Source: Sphaerodactylus townsendi (lineage: Eukaryota). From it: a DNA stretch of 64,000 bases. Each line of letters starts with the position of its first letter. The stretch's first letter is position 1. The notes under the pieces are model-generated. The model was given only the letters and a program-made list of their open reading frames with translations. It did no database searches and had not been told where the DNA came from. Shown piece by piece: positions 1 through 15,300 of this stretch. The position numbers and the translations under genes were made by a program. The stretch is taken from positions 19,406,001 to 19,470,000 of the forward strand of contig NC_059426.1 of the NCBI RefSeq assembly GCF_021028975.2. The letters run 5' to 3'.

Positions 1-2817
1 TCTCTAAGTAAAGACTCTAAACCAGTGGTGGTGAACCTGTGGCACTCCAGATGCTCATGGACTACAATTCCCATCAGCCCCTGCCAGCACGGCTCTAAAC
101 TGATGGCGCTGTTCTATTATTGTACTTTTTCCCTCACAGACAAGGAAAAGAAGTTAGAAGCATTTTTTCTCATTTTAGTCGTCTTATATAGGAGTAAATA
201 CATCCAGATGACTCAGAATTTTCTAACATAAAAAGATCATGAAATATTCTTAAGCTCATCACCATATAACAAAACTATTGATGAAGGAATGCAAGACCTG
301 TACTAGGCCCCTTTCCCCCCCCCCCCCGCCCCCAACTGCTGATTATCACAAGAGCTTCCAGGACCAAACTTGGAAAGAGTTCTCATATCCCAAGAGACTC
401 ACTAAAAGGTAATTTCACCCAAGTGTCGCTGCTTCCAACATTGCAGCATCCTTATTAAGAAATCTGCACCAAGTAAAATTAGCATTTTCTGTGACCCATC
501 AAAGTAGAAAGTACTATTAGGATCTAGACCCAGCAGGGGGGTGGGGGTGGGGGTGGGGAAATGGCGCCCAGGGCAAAATGGTGCCTGGACGCTGCCACCC
601 CCACCCACTTATTTTATTCTGTTGTCTGAAAACAGCTTTCTGCCATCTGAAAATGGACCAGGCTGGTGGGGCGGAGCCAGGCCTGGCAAGGTGGGGCAAG
701 GAGGGAAGGGGCGGGTGCAATTTTCTGCCTCCACCAGTGTGCGCCCAGTGCACGGCGCACCCCCCATCCCCTTATAGCTACACCTCCAAGACCCAGTAGT
801 CTTTTAAGTTCCTAAGAATAAGAGGCATCTTCATATACTTTTCTGCCAACTGCAAATATATTCAAAAATTCCTTTACATGCAGAGAATCTACAAATTATG
901 GCAGATTTTCATTTAACCCGTGGGTCTATTGGCATTCCCCCAGAATTCCTGCACATGATGAATAAGTTTCTAAATGTTCAGAATTCTGGCTGCTCTAATT
1001 TCAGAAGATGTGGAGATGATCAGCAATGCAAGTAGAGAGAATCCATTTAAGTCTCAATTTCCATTATGTGTAAGTCTCACGGGACTTCTCAAACCAAGTG
1101 TCCAATATTAACAGTGTTGTGGAAAAGTGGAGATTTTGGTATCCGCCTGGAGGAGTGGTGTTTGTCAACAGGAAAACCTATTTTAATTGCAGGCCTCCAA
1201 TGTAAGAAATAACTGCAAAAAAATTAAAACAACGATTTACACACAATATGTTGAGGTAAAAGCACCATTCTGACCTTTTGCCAGTGCTTCAAGTGGGCAA
1301 CTTAATTCAGAAACCTGTTTCAGGAATAGGAACTCTGTGTATACCAGCCTTCCACCATGATCTGCAGAGTGGCTCCTTCCACCAAAGTCAATGGGAACTC
1401 CTGTACTCAGAGGAACTCTGTGTTTGCAGGGGACACAAAATACCAGGATAGATCCAGCAGTCTGCTAGTGTAAAATGATGATGGGCGCTGACCTTTCCCC
1501 TGTTCCCATCTACACAGCAGTCTGCTCCAGTCATGGAAACTTGATTCAAATAAAATTTCGAGAGGTCAGAAATGACTGCTGGGGGGTGGGGGGATGTAGA
1601 AGAGATCTACAATTCTTAAATCTACTTATCAGTGGCCCCCACCCACTGCATCAACTAACTATGTGCGTAAACAGAAATTCCACAAAGTTTATATTTGAGT
1701 AAACATCTATGCTGAATTTAACTGTAAATTCCTTATTTTAGCACTGATTTTTGTAACCTGTGAAGGGGAATCCAGTTTTAAGCAACATTATATGCATTTT
1801 GTCATGAATAATTCAAGTAGGAGCATCACCTTTAGAATTCTGCTTGGCACACAGAACATAATCTTGATCCACAATTTTAAGCAATAATAGCAGGGAAAAC
1901 CTCTCTCATTATTTGAATCAAAATCTTAATATCCAGAGTTATACACGGTCTTGCATTCTTGACGTCTGCTTCCGTAAAAATCCACAGGAGACCCAATTTA
2001 TCCTCCGGATCATGGATAAGATCACTGTATATATTTCCTCCATTGTCAGAGACGTTACAGATATTCAAGTTCTGTTCTACAGAGTCGTAATATGAATAAA
2101 CACAACTGAACAGTCTTCTTTTCATCTTATACACGTTACTACATGTGATCGGTAAAGTGCACAAAATTAAAAAGGATCATTGCTGAAAAGCCACGCACCA
2201 ATTCCTATCAGACATAAGAGCTACTCTTCAATGTTGTGATCCATTAGTCATTTTGCCTCGGAAAAAACAAGAGCACAGAATGGGAAACTAATGACTATTA
2301 ACGATCCTGAAAGTTATATGCAGATGTCAATGGCTGTTCTCCTCCACAGCACCGTGTCTATTGCTACCTGTCCATGCTAACAATTTTGCTGGCAACTTTT
2401 ACCTTTGGCAGGGGGATATTTCCCTTTGTCTTCTGAAAACTAAAAGCTTTATCTTCCGTCACAAGTTATACAGGTTTTCTCAAATCCATGGCTACCACGG
2501 TCAGTTTCAGGTTTCCAGAACAAGACGAAAGCTTCAGAAAAGTCAGTGAGAACAGCCAATACAAGAAGCTGATGGGGGAAAAAAAATCAGGGATCTGGTT
2601 TTGGAAATCGTGGGTCAACACTGACTGCAATAAGCTATTTGGATATTACACAAACCATAGTAGCAAGGAGGAAGAGTGGCAGCGCTATGTGGTTATTGCT
2701 CGATTTGGCACCAGCACTGAACAGAATCAAAACAGCTGCCTGCCACAGAACAGCGGAAGGCGCCTGCATCAAATACTGCCCTTTCTTCGTTGCAAGTTCT
2801 TCACCACCTTCCTCGTT

Positions 2818-2930
2818 TCAAGTAACAGATGAAGCCCGGAAGTCTCTGAAATCTTCCATCTCAGAAGACACTGCTTGTTCTTTGGCTTCGTGTCCGACAT
2901 GGCTCGTGCTGGCAGTACTCTCTGGGTTTT
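2818..2930 (-). CDS. CARF: CARF last coding exon (NPESTAS...RASSVT*)
   Basis: AAG acceptor; resembles human NPESTISVSQVKQEPKE; TGA at 2820-2818. Confidence 0.82.
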
Positions 2931-5900
2931 CTTTAAAAACAAGACGACAAAATAAAATTCAACACTGTTGCATATGACTTTGAGAACTACCATCCTGACA
3001 ACAGTTACTGAACACAACTTCAACCACCTGCCAGACTTTGTATAGGTGACAACAAGGCAAAATAGCAAGTCCTGCTTTCCACACAGTCTTACACTGGCGC
3101 TATCCTAAAAAAATGAAACCCCAGACAAGTGAAATCTCAAAATACAATTTCTTTTTGCTTAAGCCAGGAACTGATAAATGGACTCATGAAATATGGCATA
3201 TTATATTGATGGACAAAATGTATAAGAAAATGAAGGAAGGTAAATGTAAGGTTCAAGAACTTTCATTGAGATATGGTATTTATTTGTTCTGTAGTGGAAT
3301 AGAAACAAGCCTAGTGAGTGGGTAAAAGAGCATATGAGATATCTGAACAAAAGATTATTAGACAAAAATGGATTTATATTAGATAGCAGAAGGTATAAAA
3401 TGATGAGTGGTAAACACGCCAGATTATAGGAATTAGCTGATTTTCTTTTGTTTTTCTATCTTGAACTGAATTTGATATACAATATAATGGATATTCTTTT
3501 CATAGTCCTTTCATTGTGTACTGGAAAAGTATTATAATACATTCTTTAAAAATGATTTCTTCTTAAAATTGTTAGACAATTCAATTCTCACAACTGTTTT
3601 GGCTATTCAAACTGAAAACATGGAAGCAAGTTTCTTTTCAGATGTATGAAAAGAAACATGGGCTATTCTAGACTAGCCTCAGGATTCCACTTGAAATTTC
3701 TTTTCATGCTAATTTCACCACAGTCTCAACATTTAATGCCAGGCCCTCTTGATAAGGCACTTTGCCCATACATCTTTCTGATGACGCATCTCATCTTTGC
3801 TATGGGTTTACATATTTCAGAGATAAACTTTTCTTTACTAGCTCATACTCAGCCAGAGTGTGTCAGTCTGAACATATAGTGTGGGAAGACAAAACTACAT
3901 GAATCTAGTTAAAGAAGTATACCAACTAAATACACAAATAAGAGTGAATGTAAGTAGAGTAAGTAGAGTAAATTAAGTAAGATGGAAGTAGGCAAAGGCA
4001 GTAAGTAGTGATAGAAGTAAAGTAAATGGTAAAATGAGAGAAGGCCAGTAGAGTAAAGTGCAAAATTAAGTAGAGTAAGTAAGTAGGAAGTAAGTAAGTA
4101 GTAGAGTAAGTAAGTAAAGAGTAAAATTAGAATTCCTTTATTGGCATATACACAAATATTTACCTGTGTCCTAAACATACTTCAACAAAACATATGAGTG
4201 TAAACATCTCCTATGAGGCACTACTCTTGTGTTAAGTTGTCATGGCACTCTAGATAGGAGTAACCCAAAAGGGAGAATGATCATTAGTTTCTTAGGCTGA
4301 TAACGAGACCCCAACATTGAAAGGCCCCAACATTCAGTGAATACAGAGTTGTCTGGCAGCTGAGCACTTTTAAAAGGCACTGGCCAACTTTAGTGAACTA
4401 CTTCGATAAAGCTATGAGAAATGTTCAGATACATCATTGAGAAGTCCTTTGCTCCAGTCCACAGAACCCAAACGATAACCACACTATACACCTTACCTAT
4501 TTCTATCCACCGTTTGAATATCAGATTACAGTGATGCTATCAACATAGAACATACAGCTCTGAGAAGTCTTAGGAGGCTCTACAGATTTGTACTTACTAC
4601 TAACAGCTGGATGGTTGTCTACTGTATGTGTACGAATGGCGCATGCATCTCTTAAAAGGATCTGATGGACTTCTTGCTGTGTGGTTTTAGTATCTTCTAT
4701 ACTTCCAGCAGTTAAAAGGCAGTCACTTTGATCAAGTACAAGTTGCTCTCCAAGCAGTGATATAGTAGTATTGTTCTGACTTTGACAGGAAGTTTCTCCA
4801 AGAGTGTGACCATGACTGACTACAGACTTGCTTGTCATCAGCTTCCCTGTGGGGTGCAGAATGCTTGAAGAGCTGGGCGTAGAGCAGCTATCCACCGTTA
4901 TAAGGGTTGCTGTCCCATCAGTAGAAGTTGGCTGCAACTGCAACTCCTGAAAAACCAAAGCAATATTTTTGGGTCTACCTATGCATCCATCCTCCTGCTG
5001 TGTCTAATGCACCAGTGTGCCAAGATCAGATTTTCTATTCAAACTGGATAGATTCTGACTATTCAACTGTTTACAGAAAATTCCAGACTGCTGCTGTTTT
5101 ATATACAAAAATGAAAATAACTTGATTTCTGTGCAGGACTAGGGACGTGCAAATTGTTGAGATTTGGAATTCTAGCTCCAGAAGAGTAAGGCAGAAAGAT
5201 ATTGTATCATGCAGTAAGTGTGGAACTACTCATTTGTTTCCTCAATAGTCATTACAGCTATCCATCAGACAAATCATAATATTGTCACTAACTAGTGCAT
5301 GAATTGAAATAGTGCGTGTTGTGGGGCATGCGGTTATGTAAATGTCACTTGCTGGGTAGCATGGGACATCACCAGTGACCTAACTCATATTACAAAACCT
5401 TTTACCGTGTTTCTCCAAAAATAAGACAGGGTCTTATATTAATTTTTGCTCCAAAAGATGCGTTAGGACTTATTTTTCAGGGGATGTCTTATTTTCCCCC
5501 ACGATTTTGTGCCTCCCACGTGACCAGATCAGCTGCGGCAGGGAATTTGTAATTAGGGCTTCTTTTTGGAGTAGGGCTTATATTTCAAGCATCCTCCAAA
5601 AATCCCGAAAAATCACGCTAAGGCTTATTTTCGGGGTAGGTCTTATTTTCAGAGAAACAAGGTAAATTATTTTTAAAATATTCCTTAGACCTGAAAACTC
5701 ACACACATTGCTACTCATATAGTGCCTGGGGGCAATGGGTAGAGTGCCTGTCTAGGATCCTGAAGAGCCAGGTTCAAATCACCCTGCCATGGACACTTGC
5801 TTGGTGACTTTGGGCCAGACACACGCACACTCAGTCAAACCTACTGCCCAGGGTTGTTGTGAGCATAATATGAAGGAGAGAATACTATAAGCTACTTTAA

Positions 5901-8900
5901 ATCCCCACTGAGGAGAAAGGCAGGTATAAGAATGAAGCAAACAGAGAACAAAAAACAAGAAAACAAAGCCACCACCAGAAAAAGGAAAAGTGATTTTTCC
6001 CCATTTTGTTGCCTTCAGGCTTTCAAATCATTACAGAAAAATTATCATTACAGCAAGATAAGGCCCTTGGAGAATCAGCCAGTCGGGAGAAATTTACGAA
6101 CCCCAGTTGCAGAGTTTGAGAAGCCTCATTCACCCTCTCCCCCACACCCCCACCCCGGCGCCAACAACATACATTTTTCTGTTAATTCTGGGACATATTC
6201 AGTAATTATCTGGCCAGATTTTGAGTGGATGTTTCTTTTTTGTTTTAATTTGCAAAGCCGTGTGTGCTATTACATAGAACAACACTGCAATTACAGCAGT
6301 TTTGGATAGCTTGTGAAAGAAATGGGTGATGGTACCTTGAGCTGGGCAAACACTCTGGGTTGAAGTGAAGAAAGGAGCTGAGTCACTTCTGGACCTAAGA
6401 GCTCCCTTGTCTGGTTAGATTCCACCTTGATAATGGTTTTCTCTAGTGAACTTCCTACAAATACAACCAAAAACAATGCAATATTTATTCAGGGGGGGGC
6501 AGGGGGAGAACCTTTTGAGGAAAAAAATGAATCCGATTTAACAACTATGCTTTGTAAACAGTTAATCTTTCAATCTAGACTCAGAGGAAAAACAGATATT
6601 TGTCATCTTTTTTCATTTCATACATGGCAGGTCTAGTCACATTTGGATATAAGGCGGTGGCTGAATGGTGACAAGATGCCATTATGCCAGCTAATTCTAT
6701 TCTCCCACCCCCACCCTGCCAGAAGTGCCAGAAGACTTAGAGGCAGAGAAAGCAGAGCCCCACTGTTCAGCTATATAGATTCAAAATCACCCAGCAAATA
6801 GGCTGGTGGCCTCTGCCCCTGGTCCTTCTGGCTGCTGACAGAGGCATAGAGACAGAGAAAGAAAAATAGGGTCATCTTACATTCAGTGTCATCTATATTT
6901 GTGTTGAGCTTTCTTCTTTTGAAGGGGAGTCATCTTACATTCAGTGTTGCCCTTCATTTGGGTTAATATGGTAACATGCAAATCACCACATGAAATACCA
7001 GCAGAATTTCAGTGTCAACAGAGAACAATAGTTTGCAAAACCTAAAGCACAACCTGATAATAATGATTAACGAAAGAACTGTGTGATTGTCAAAGGAAAT
7101 ACTGAGTGAAGGACTGTGTGATTGTCAAAGGAAATGCTGAATGAAGGGTGTATCTTCCACACCTAGTGGCTGGTTCAGCGTATCCCTCAACAGATGCAAT
7201 GCTGGGAAATGGCTGGGTCAGGAGATCCCTAAGAAAGGGTGCCACTCCTCCTATCTCTCTTGTTTCTCCTCTTTGACTCCTTCTGGCAATGCCTGCCATC
7301 TCTCCCACCAACTCACCTTTCTCTGTTTCTCCCCCAGAAGCCTCCTCCCACCTCCCTCAACTTCTTTGGCTTCCCTTCCCTCATCTTCAGTCTTTTATTA
7401 TTATTTTGATCTGTTTCCCCTGTTCTGATGCTGAGATTTGGAATCCTCAGCAACGTTGGCTGCAGGCTACCCAGCAACTTATAAAAGCTCTGCTGAGTTC
7501 TCACCATATAGTCTCACAAGAACTCAGTGGCACACTATTCTTCAAGAAGCAAACACTGCTTCTGTGATTGTAAGATTTCAGATTTGTCTATAAAACCTGG
7601 GACTTCCCCTAGGTTTTCAGAATAGCTTGTATACTATTTTTTTAAACATTTTTTTAAACAGCATTACTTAGCCTTGGATTTTAGGAGGGTTTAAGAAGTG
7701 TGTGCGTGAGAGAGAAGGCTTAGTAGTCACCCCATGAAATAATTCAAACAAACACAAGAGGTTTTATTAAACTTGCTTGGACCCAACAACCAATTCCTAT
7801 ATAACTGAAATTACTATTCAGTATCAGATAATGTTGGCAGTCCTGTCTAAAGCTTCACGAAGCAAATACAGAACTTACACATAATTCACTTCATTACTGG
7901 GAATAAGCAAAGCACAAGTAAAGAAGATGACCACTAGGAGTTATTCCTGACATGGAAGATGCCTTTATATGTCCAAGCATGCAAGGTATTACTCGATTGT
8001 GGTTTAGGAATGCAACTAAGAATCTTGCTTAGCTATCTTAAGCAAAACACAATTCTTTCCTTTAAATTTACTAAACAATTCCCAACACATTTTAGCTACA
8101 CATCCACCAGCAGTCCACCACAATGTAGTCATCATACCTGAAGAAAGGGAGTGGATACTATTATGCAACAAATCATTCATAGGCAATATTTACAAGCATT
8201 CAAGATCGCTACCAAGCATGTGAATTTAAGAGGGGGGGAGGGGAAGGAATAATTCCCAAGCAAAAACAACATGAGTTGGATCCTCAGACTCCATTCTGCT
8301 AGTAGATGGTCTTCCTCCAGAGGAAGTCTCCACAGTTGGTGAAACAGATCCATAGGATTCAACTAGACAAGTTTGGTAAGAGGAACAGACAAGCATCTAC
8401 CCTGAAACCTTCACTGAAATCAGTATCCTGAGTAAAGCAAGGGGAAGTCCATCTAGGATCAAAAGCGACTGCGATGAACGAAGTTAAAGCAACCTTACTT
8501 GTATCTGAACTGCTCTTACCCTCAGTTGGTGGCGATGCAAATGTAACTGTCACTGTTTCAGTGAGAATGTTCCCACCATCTGTGGACCACTGCAGCTGAA
8601 AGAAGAGAAACAGTAAATGTCAAAAATTGGATCCCACACTCTGAAACTTCACCATACATCCAAGATGCAATGAAATGTAACATTGAAATAAAGTTTACTT
8701 ATTCATTTGTAGTTTTCCTGACTTCAGATTCTTTTTTACAATTCTTGACCCTGCTGTTATGATAAAAACTACTTCAATAAACTTATACTGAATCAAATGG
8801 CCAAAAAAATCCCCAAATTTATTTTATTATGAAACTTAAAGCAGATTACATGACATTTGTTTTTCAAAGGGAAATTAACTGAAAATACCTTTATCCTGTT

Positions 8901-11900
8901 TAGGAGTCACAAGGCCATTACAGTAGTACAGAATGCATCAGAAGAAACTTCATAAAGAACTTCAAAAGCAACTGAGCAAGTATTTTAATTGGACCAGTCA
9001 ACTGAGTGGTAATCATGTGACTATATTCTAATAAATGGAACATTCCCTGAAGTCACAAGTGCTGTTACTAAGGTGGATACTTAACTTTCAAATTTATATT
9101 ATGATTTCATTTGTTAGCATGGCAGAAGTGAAAGTTCCTTGCCCAGGGTTTTTGCAGGCATCTCCAAAACAGAAAAAAGGGCCTTTAGAAATCAGCTTTT
9201 TAAAAGACTTGTTGCCATTAATTCACTTTATTTCTGCTTCAATTTCACTTAAAGAAATTGAAACTGTAAACAGATGCTACAGTTCTAGGACTCACATGGG
9301 AGAAAGGGATTCTTGAGATACTGTTCATGCCGGAGTCCCCAACGTAATATCTGTGGGTGGCATAGTGCTTTTCAAGTGTTTTTTAGGAAGTGGGTGTGGC
9401 TAGGAAGGGCTTTTGGTTTCTGATTGGCTGTGCATATTTTGAAAAGTGTTGCTTTGGCAGCAGCTGCCACCGCCACACAAGGATCTGCACTGTGTTACTA
9501 AAGTTAAGCTGTGGCAATATTTCTGTGCCTGGCTCTGACTCCTGTGACAGCCATTTTGTTACTGTGCCCATCATGCCATGTCAGAATTCTAAATGTGCCC
9601 GCATGCTCAAAAATGTGCCCACATGCTCTGGTTTATGCAGAACACAGAACTCACCCATATAAGAATTCAGAATAATGTCTCCAACATGCAGAAAGAATGC
9701 ACTTCAGAAAACACAGAACACGCTAATGCAGAAAGGCCATGCTAAGTTTATGACTTCCTGATCTAGTATTCCTTTCTATGAACAATTTTGCCTTCTACCA
9801 ATAGTTTCTGAGTATTAACAACTCACTAACAGTGGAATAAAAGCATTAAAGTCCAGAAATCGTTCTTAAATGTTTACAATTAAGCCTTCACTGAGGTAAA
9901 ACACCAGCAGAAGTTTTCATTACTAGATGTCCATCAGATTTAAGCAGACAGTGAATCAGGAAAGACCAGTGAAGCCTGCAAGTTCAAAGAGAATGAGATA
10001 GGGAAGGGAAAAAAACAATATTACCATGGCTGGAACAGTTTCCGAGTTGTACACCATTTTCCCATTCTTTAGGGTCTTTTGAACTTCATGAATGTGGTTC
10101 TTAATATCATTTACAGTGGGGAAGAATGACAAATTATGCCGTTCTGGCACTTCATCAGGTTTAAACAATTCTTGTTCCACGAATCTTCTGTTGAATATTA
10201 CAATGGGAGACAGAAGATTGAAACATACATATAATGAGACTTTTCTTTCCAGTTCCCTCCCTCCTTACCGGCAAATGTATCACCCTACATATATACAGTG
10301 CCAGCAAAAAATATGTTATCATTCAAAGCAAGTACACCACCCACTGCTTTCTCCCATGTCATCACTGGTTAGCTCCCATCTGCCACTAGTCTGGGTCCAG
10401 GACTCAATGAGGAACACAGACTATGCCCACTGCCATTAGAAGCCAGGAGAAAGCCAATTGCCAAGAGAAGGTGGTGCCCACTATCAATCAATGAGCCATT
10501 CCCAGCAACTGCTTGAGCAGCTTGGGCGCAGAACTCACCCTGCCTACTGTTCATTCAGCAACATTCAGCCATGCTAACCTGCACTTTGGATATGTGCAAT
10601 TTTGTTGGATTGTCTCAGTAAAAACAAGGTTCCCAGAACTGATTGAAAAGAGGTAGATGGGCATAAACAGGACCAAGGCAGAGAAGACTTCAAATAGAAC
10701 GTAAAGCAATACTAGTCCACAGCAAATTCTGGAAAAGAGATATGCTGCACAACTACTACAAAAGAGAGGGAAGACTGCAAACTCCATTAGACTTGGACTT
10801 ATGACACTGTGGATATAAATACAAAAGAGAGGAATTCTACCAAAATTAGAAAAATACTAAAGGTAAAAATTCTAGTGGTTAAGAGGAGAGAAAGGACATC
10901 TTCCACCTTCCTGAAATGCCAGCATCACAACCCTCCAGTTTGAAACCAGACCAAGTAGCTGGAGATTATAAAGCCTCACCGTAACTGTTTCCTCACTGCA
11001 TAGACTTGTTGTATTCCTTGAGACACTAGTTCTCTGATCTTATCAGCGACTTGCGGGTGAAGGCGGGATGGCAAAACGCAGTTCTCATCTCTGACTGCAT
11101 CGCTGTCTTCCTCAGGAGATGGCACGGAGAAAGGTGAAGGTGGGAGGCACAGCTCTTCCATGTCATGGTATTGATGAGCCTGCTGGGTGGGTAACTGCAC
11201 ATACCACCTGATAATAAAAACTGGCAGGTACAATTTCTAAGCAAAAAGGAGTGAAGTTTTTCCCCCCAGCAGGAATAAAAAACACAAAGTTTAACGAATT
11301 CTTCCTATTTATGCAATAAGCATAGCAACACAAACATTGCTGGTTATTTGTTAGCTGATCCCATACCAGGAGCAATCTCTCAAAATACTTTTACCAAGAA
11401 CTTACTGATTAGTTTCTGGTTAACGGTGGGCATGCATGCTTGCAGCTCCCATTTTTGTAACTTCAAAACTTGCACACGTTTCACAGCAATCGGCAGGGTA
11501 ACCAGTGATCATCAGATAGTCCTATCAAATCCTTAGGGGTTTCCATGTCCCCTGGGAAAAACACATGCACAGTCTCTGCTTAAACTGTACATGAAGTCTC
11601 CTGGCAAGCCATGTAGAAACCCAAACAATTTTTGACTCATCATTAAGGAGATGCCTTGCTAAATAATTGCACCAATTTAATGTGCAGAACAGGGGGGTAC
11701 CATGTCCCCAGGCGCACGCCTTTTGGTCATGTGGGGAGGCGTTGGACGCATGCGCCCACCTGCCCAAGGTGCCCCACCCCCCTCCTGGCCTCCCTGCAGG
11801 CTGGCTTCTGCTGTCCCCAGGCCCTGGGGAGAGCAGAAGCTCACTTACAAGGACATGCAGGTGAGGAGGGAGGAGCGCCGCACTGGGTGACGGTGACACC

Positions 11901-12319
11901 CGCACTGGGCGACACTCCTCTCCCCCCGGCTTCCCTGCAGCCCGGCTTCTGTCTTCCCCAGAGCCTGGGGAGAGCAGGAGTCTGCTTTCAGGGACATGCT
12001 TTTAAAAGCACGGAGGCTGGGGGTGGGGCTTGGGGAGATGGGGTGGTTTTCCAATGCCTTCCTCTGCAAAGCAATTCCAGTCTTCCTCGGTGGTCTCTCA
12101 TCAAAGTAATGACCATGGTCAACCCTCTGATAAGCTAGTCTGGGGTATTAGGACTGCTGGGGATAAGGATAAGTGTCCTTAAGATTACAAGCCCGCTTTT
12201 TTAAAAATTGAGGACACAAAGGTGAGATCTGACCATGCAGCTGTTGTAGGAATACAGGTACAGTCAGGGATGGGCTTTTACCTGATCAGGTGGAAGAAAG
12301 GATAAAAATGTTTTAAATA

Positions 12320-12395
<76 letters not shown>

Positions 12396-15300
12396 GTAGA
12401 AGCAGCAGAGAAATTACCTGAGCACCCCTCCAACTTCAATCAGGTTTTTCTTCAGCATGTTGAAAGCTTTTTCCTGCTCTACTCGTATGATTTTCTTATC
12501 GATTTTGGAATCTGTGGGTACTCGATATTCAGGAAACTTCTGCACTTTCTTAATGTAGATTCTACCAGGGCCCAAGGAAGAAGAAAGGAAGGAAGAGCAT
12601 GACAGAAATATAATGACTGGATCAACGAAAGAATGTCTCAGTTTATTAAAGCATTGCTTTCTAATGAGAAATAACTATTTCAACCAGTGCAAGAGTGAAA
12701 ACATGACTTACAATCTGCAGGGGAATTAATACATGAGCAACCAAGAATTAAAAGGTGCTTATTGTGCAATCATAAGCAGAATTACATCCTTCTTAAGCAC
12801 ACTTATATCACTGGGTGCAACTCTGTTAAGAATTGATCTGTTAGTAGTAGAATAAGGGACACCTCTTTCTTCTACCACTCTTAAAACTCTTAAATCAAAC
12901 ACTGGATGGCAAAAATACACTCTTGAGAAAAGGAAGCAATATTATTACTCAGAGCAGGCCTCTATACTCACACTTCAATCAGAGGAGTTTTCTTGGAGGC
13001 TTTGAAAATACAGGATCTGACTACGACACCCTCCACCCTCCAAGAAGTAAGCAGAGACAAATATCCCTAACCTATCTGAGTCTGGAGAACTGTGGCCCTC
13101 AGAATAAAATCGTATTATCACTGTAAGCACCTCTTAGCCCATTAAGGGAAAGGGCAGCCTAGAAATCAAATTATAAACACATAAATAAACTCAAGGGAAA
13201 GAACAGTGCTCAGCAGAGGAATGGATCGTTGGATGAAAGAATTTTACAAAACCTTTCTAAACAAAAACATTCAAAAACAACTTGTACAAGCAGTGAAACA
13301 GTGAAGCCTGTGCAAGATGTCATGTGTGCCTATATACTACCCAACCAAAGACGAAACAGTTTGAAAAGTAGAGTTAAAACATTCCTTCAAATTAAGCAGT
13401 GATCTATATTTTGGAGAAGAAACAACTATTCTTTCTTTATTTATGTATCAATTGGATTTCTTATACGGTCCACCCCCAAAAGGCTCTGGGCGGAGTACAA
13501 CATGTAAAATTCAATCATATAAAACCCAATTACAACCATAAAACCAGTTAAAATTAATAAATGCAATACAAAAAAAGATGGCAAAATGGTAATCTAGTTT
13601 GTATCACGAGGGTAGATATGGTGGGGTAGCAGCATCAGATATACACCTTTCGCCCACCAGTTGGAATATAGGGGGTGGCAATTCAATGGCTAACCTCCCT
13701 CAAAGGCCAGGCGGAATAATTCCGTTTTGCAAGCCCTGCAGAACTGTTCAGGGTCCTGCAAAGCATCAACAGATGGTGGCAAAGAGTTCTACAAGGCAGG
13801 GAGGCTAGCCGTATCATAGAGCAGCCCGGGACCACCAGTAAATTGGCCTCTGAAGTGGGGACAGAGGGAACAGATGGTTCCTGAGGTATGTTGTTGCAAT
13901 ATATCAATATGTCAGAAAATAGACATTTCTGGTATATCTGGTAACAGCTATAACTAGAACCCCATAATTTTGTCGACGTGATATCTTCACTCTCACTACC
14001 ATGTCTTCTTAGGAATGGTTCCTGCCCTATATGTTGAGTTTGCAGCTCAGAAACTGAGTAGTCTGGATGGCTGTAGAGAAAGCACTTTGTCTGTATCTGA
14101 TGGATGGAGTTTTTCTCTCAAAAGCTTATAGCACTCTAGGCAGCCCCATCCAAAGGGCTGGGTGCCTGGACACAGCACAGCAGTGTCATTCCCAAGGGAG
14201 CTTTCTGGCGGAGAGGAGAGGCAAAGAACATAAAAAAGCCTTCCTGCCACCAGATAGCCCCCTTAGGGCTTAATGGACTTATGCCACCACAAAGGTGGCA
14301 TAAGTCCAAAGCCCCATCCGCCACAGTAATGGGGGCAATGGCTGGGTGGAAACAAAGCTAGTTTCTTTCAAGCAGCAACAGAGCTTCATCAAGGTGTTAT
14401 TCTGTTGGACTTTTAACTACAATTCCCATATTGAAGGGTTTATTTCTTTTTTTCTCTTTTAATAATTTTATATTTTGCAGTTTTATAACTTAATTTTAAA
14501 CTATGTAACCCTTTTTTTCTGATCTGCATGCTGCCAATACTTATGTGATGCCAATAAAGGCTATGGAATGAAATGGGTGGAAGCCAACTAGTGTTGGCCC
14601 CTCCCCTGGCCACATTCCCAGACCACCCCCACTATGCCCTCAGCTGGTGTGGTGTTCAGGCTGGTGTGGTGTTCAGCACTGCAAATGCCCTGGAGAGGGC
14701 AAATTCACCAGTACTGCCACACGCCGCTCCCAGCTGCAGATTCAGAAGCCCCCACTTTGGATGGGGCTGAAAATCTTCTTGGTCTGTAAGGTGCTACTGG
14801 ACTCAAATCAAGCTCTGCCAAACTGTTTCACCAGGTTGTCAGAGAGAGATAAAATGCAGGTACTCCTTTGGTTTGTTTCCTTTAGTATGGCTGTATGTAC
14901 AGGAGGTGGCATGCTCTTTCCCAGTTTACCTTTCTTTATCCTCCATCCCAAGTCAACATTCGTGGTCAAGTCACAGTACACAACCATTTGTCATGTATCA
15001 TAAAATGTGATAATTCCCTTTTCAGCCAGCCTTTGCTTACCTTGCAGGACAGGTGGCTTTGTACAGTTGGCAGGAAATGTTCTCCTGCTCACTACTTTTT
15101 CTGGGCTGAAAACCCTTCCTTCGGGGTCCATATTGACACTCCATCACTATGGCTCTGCTCCCTGATGAGAGAAAATGCTTAATACTCATTGGTTTGATGG
15201 ACAGAAAAACATATTGGTCAACAGAAATCAGTTATGACACAGCATATTTTTTAAGAAAAACAAGTTTGTGCCTCTACAGAAAATCTGATCAGTTTAGAAG

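Noticed and set aside
3909-4178. Leu/Tyr-rich membrane-like ORF
   Set aside because: Translation of a simple repeat.
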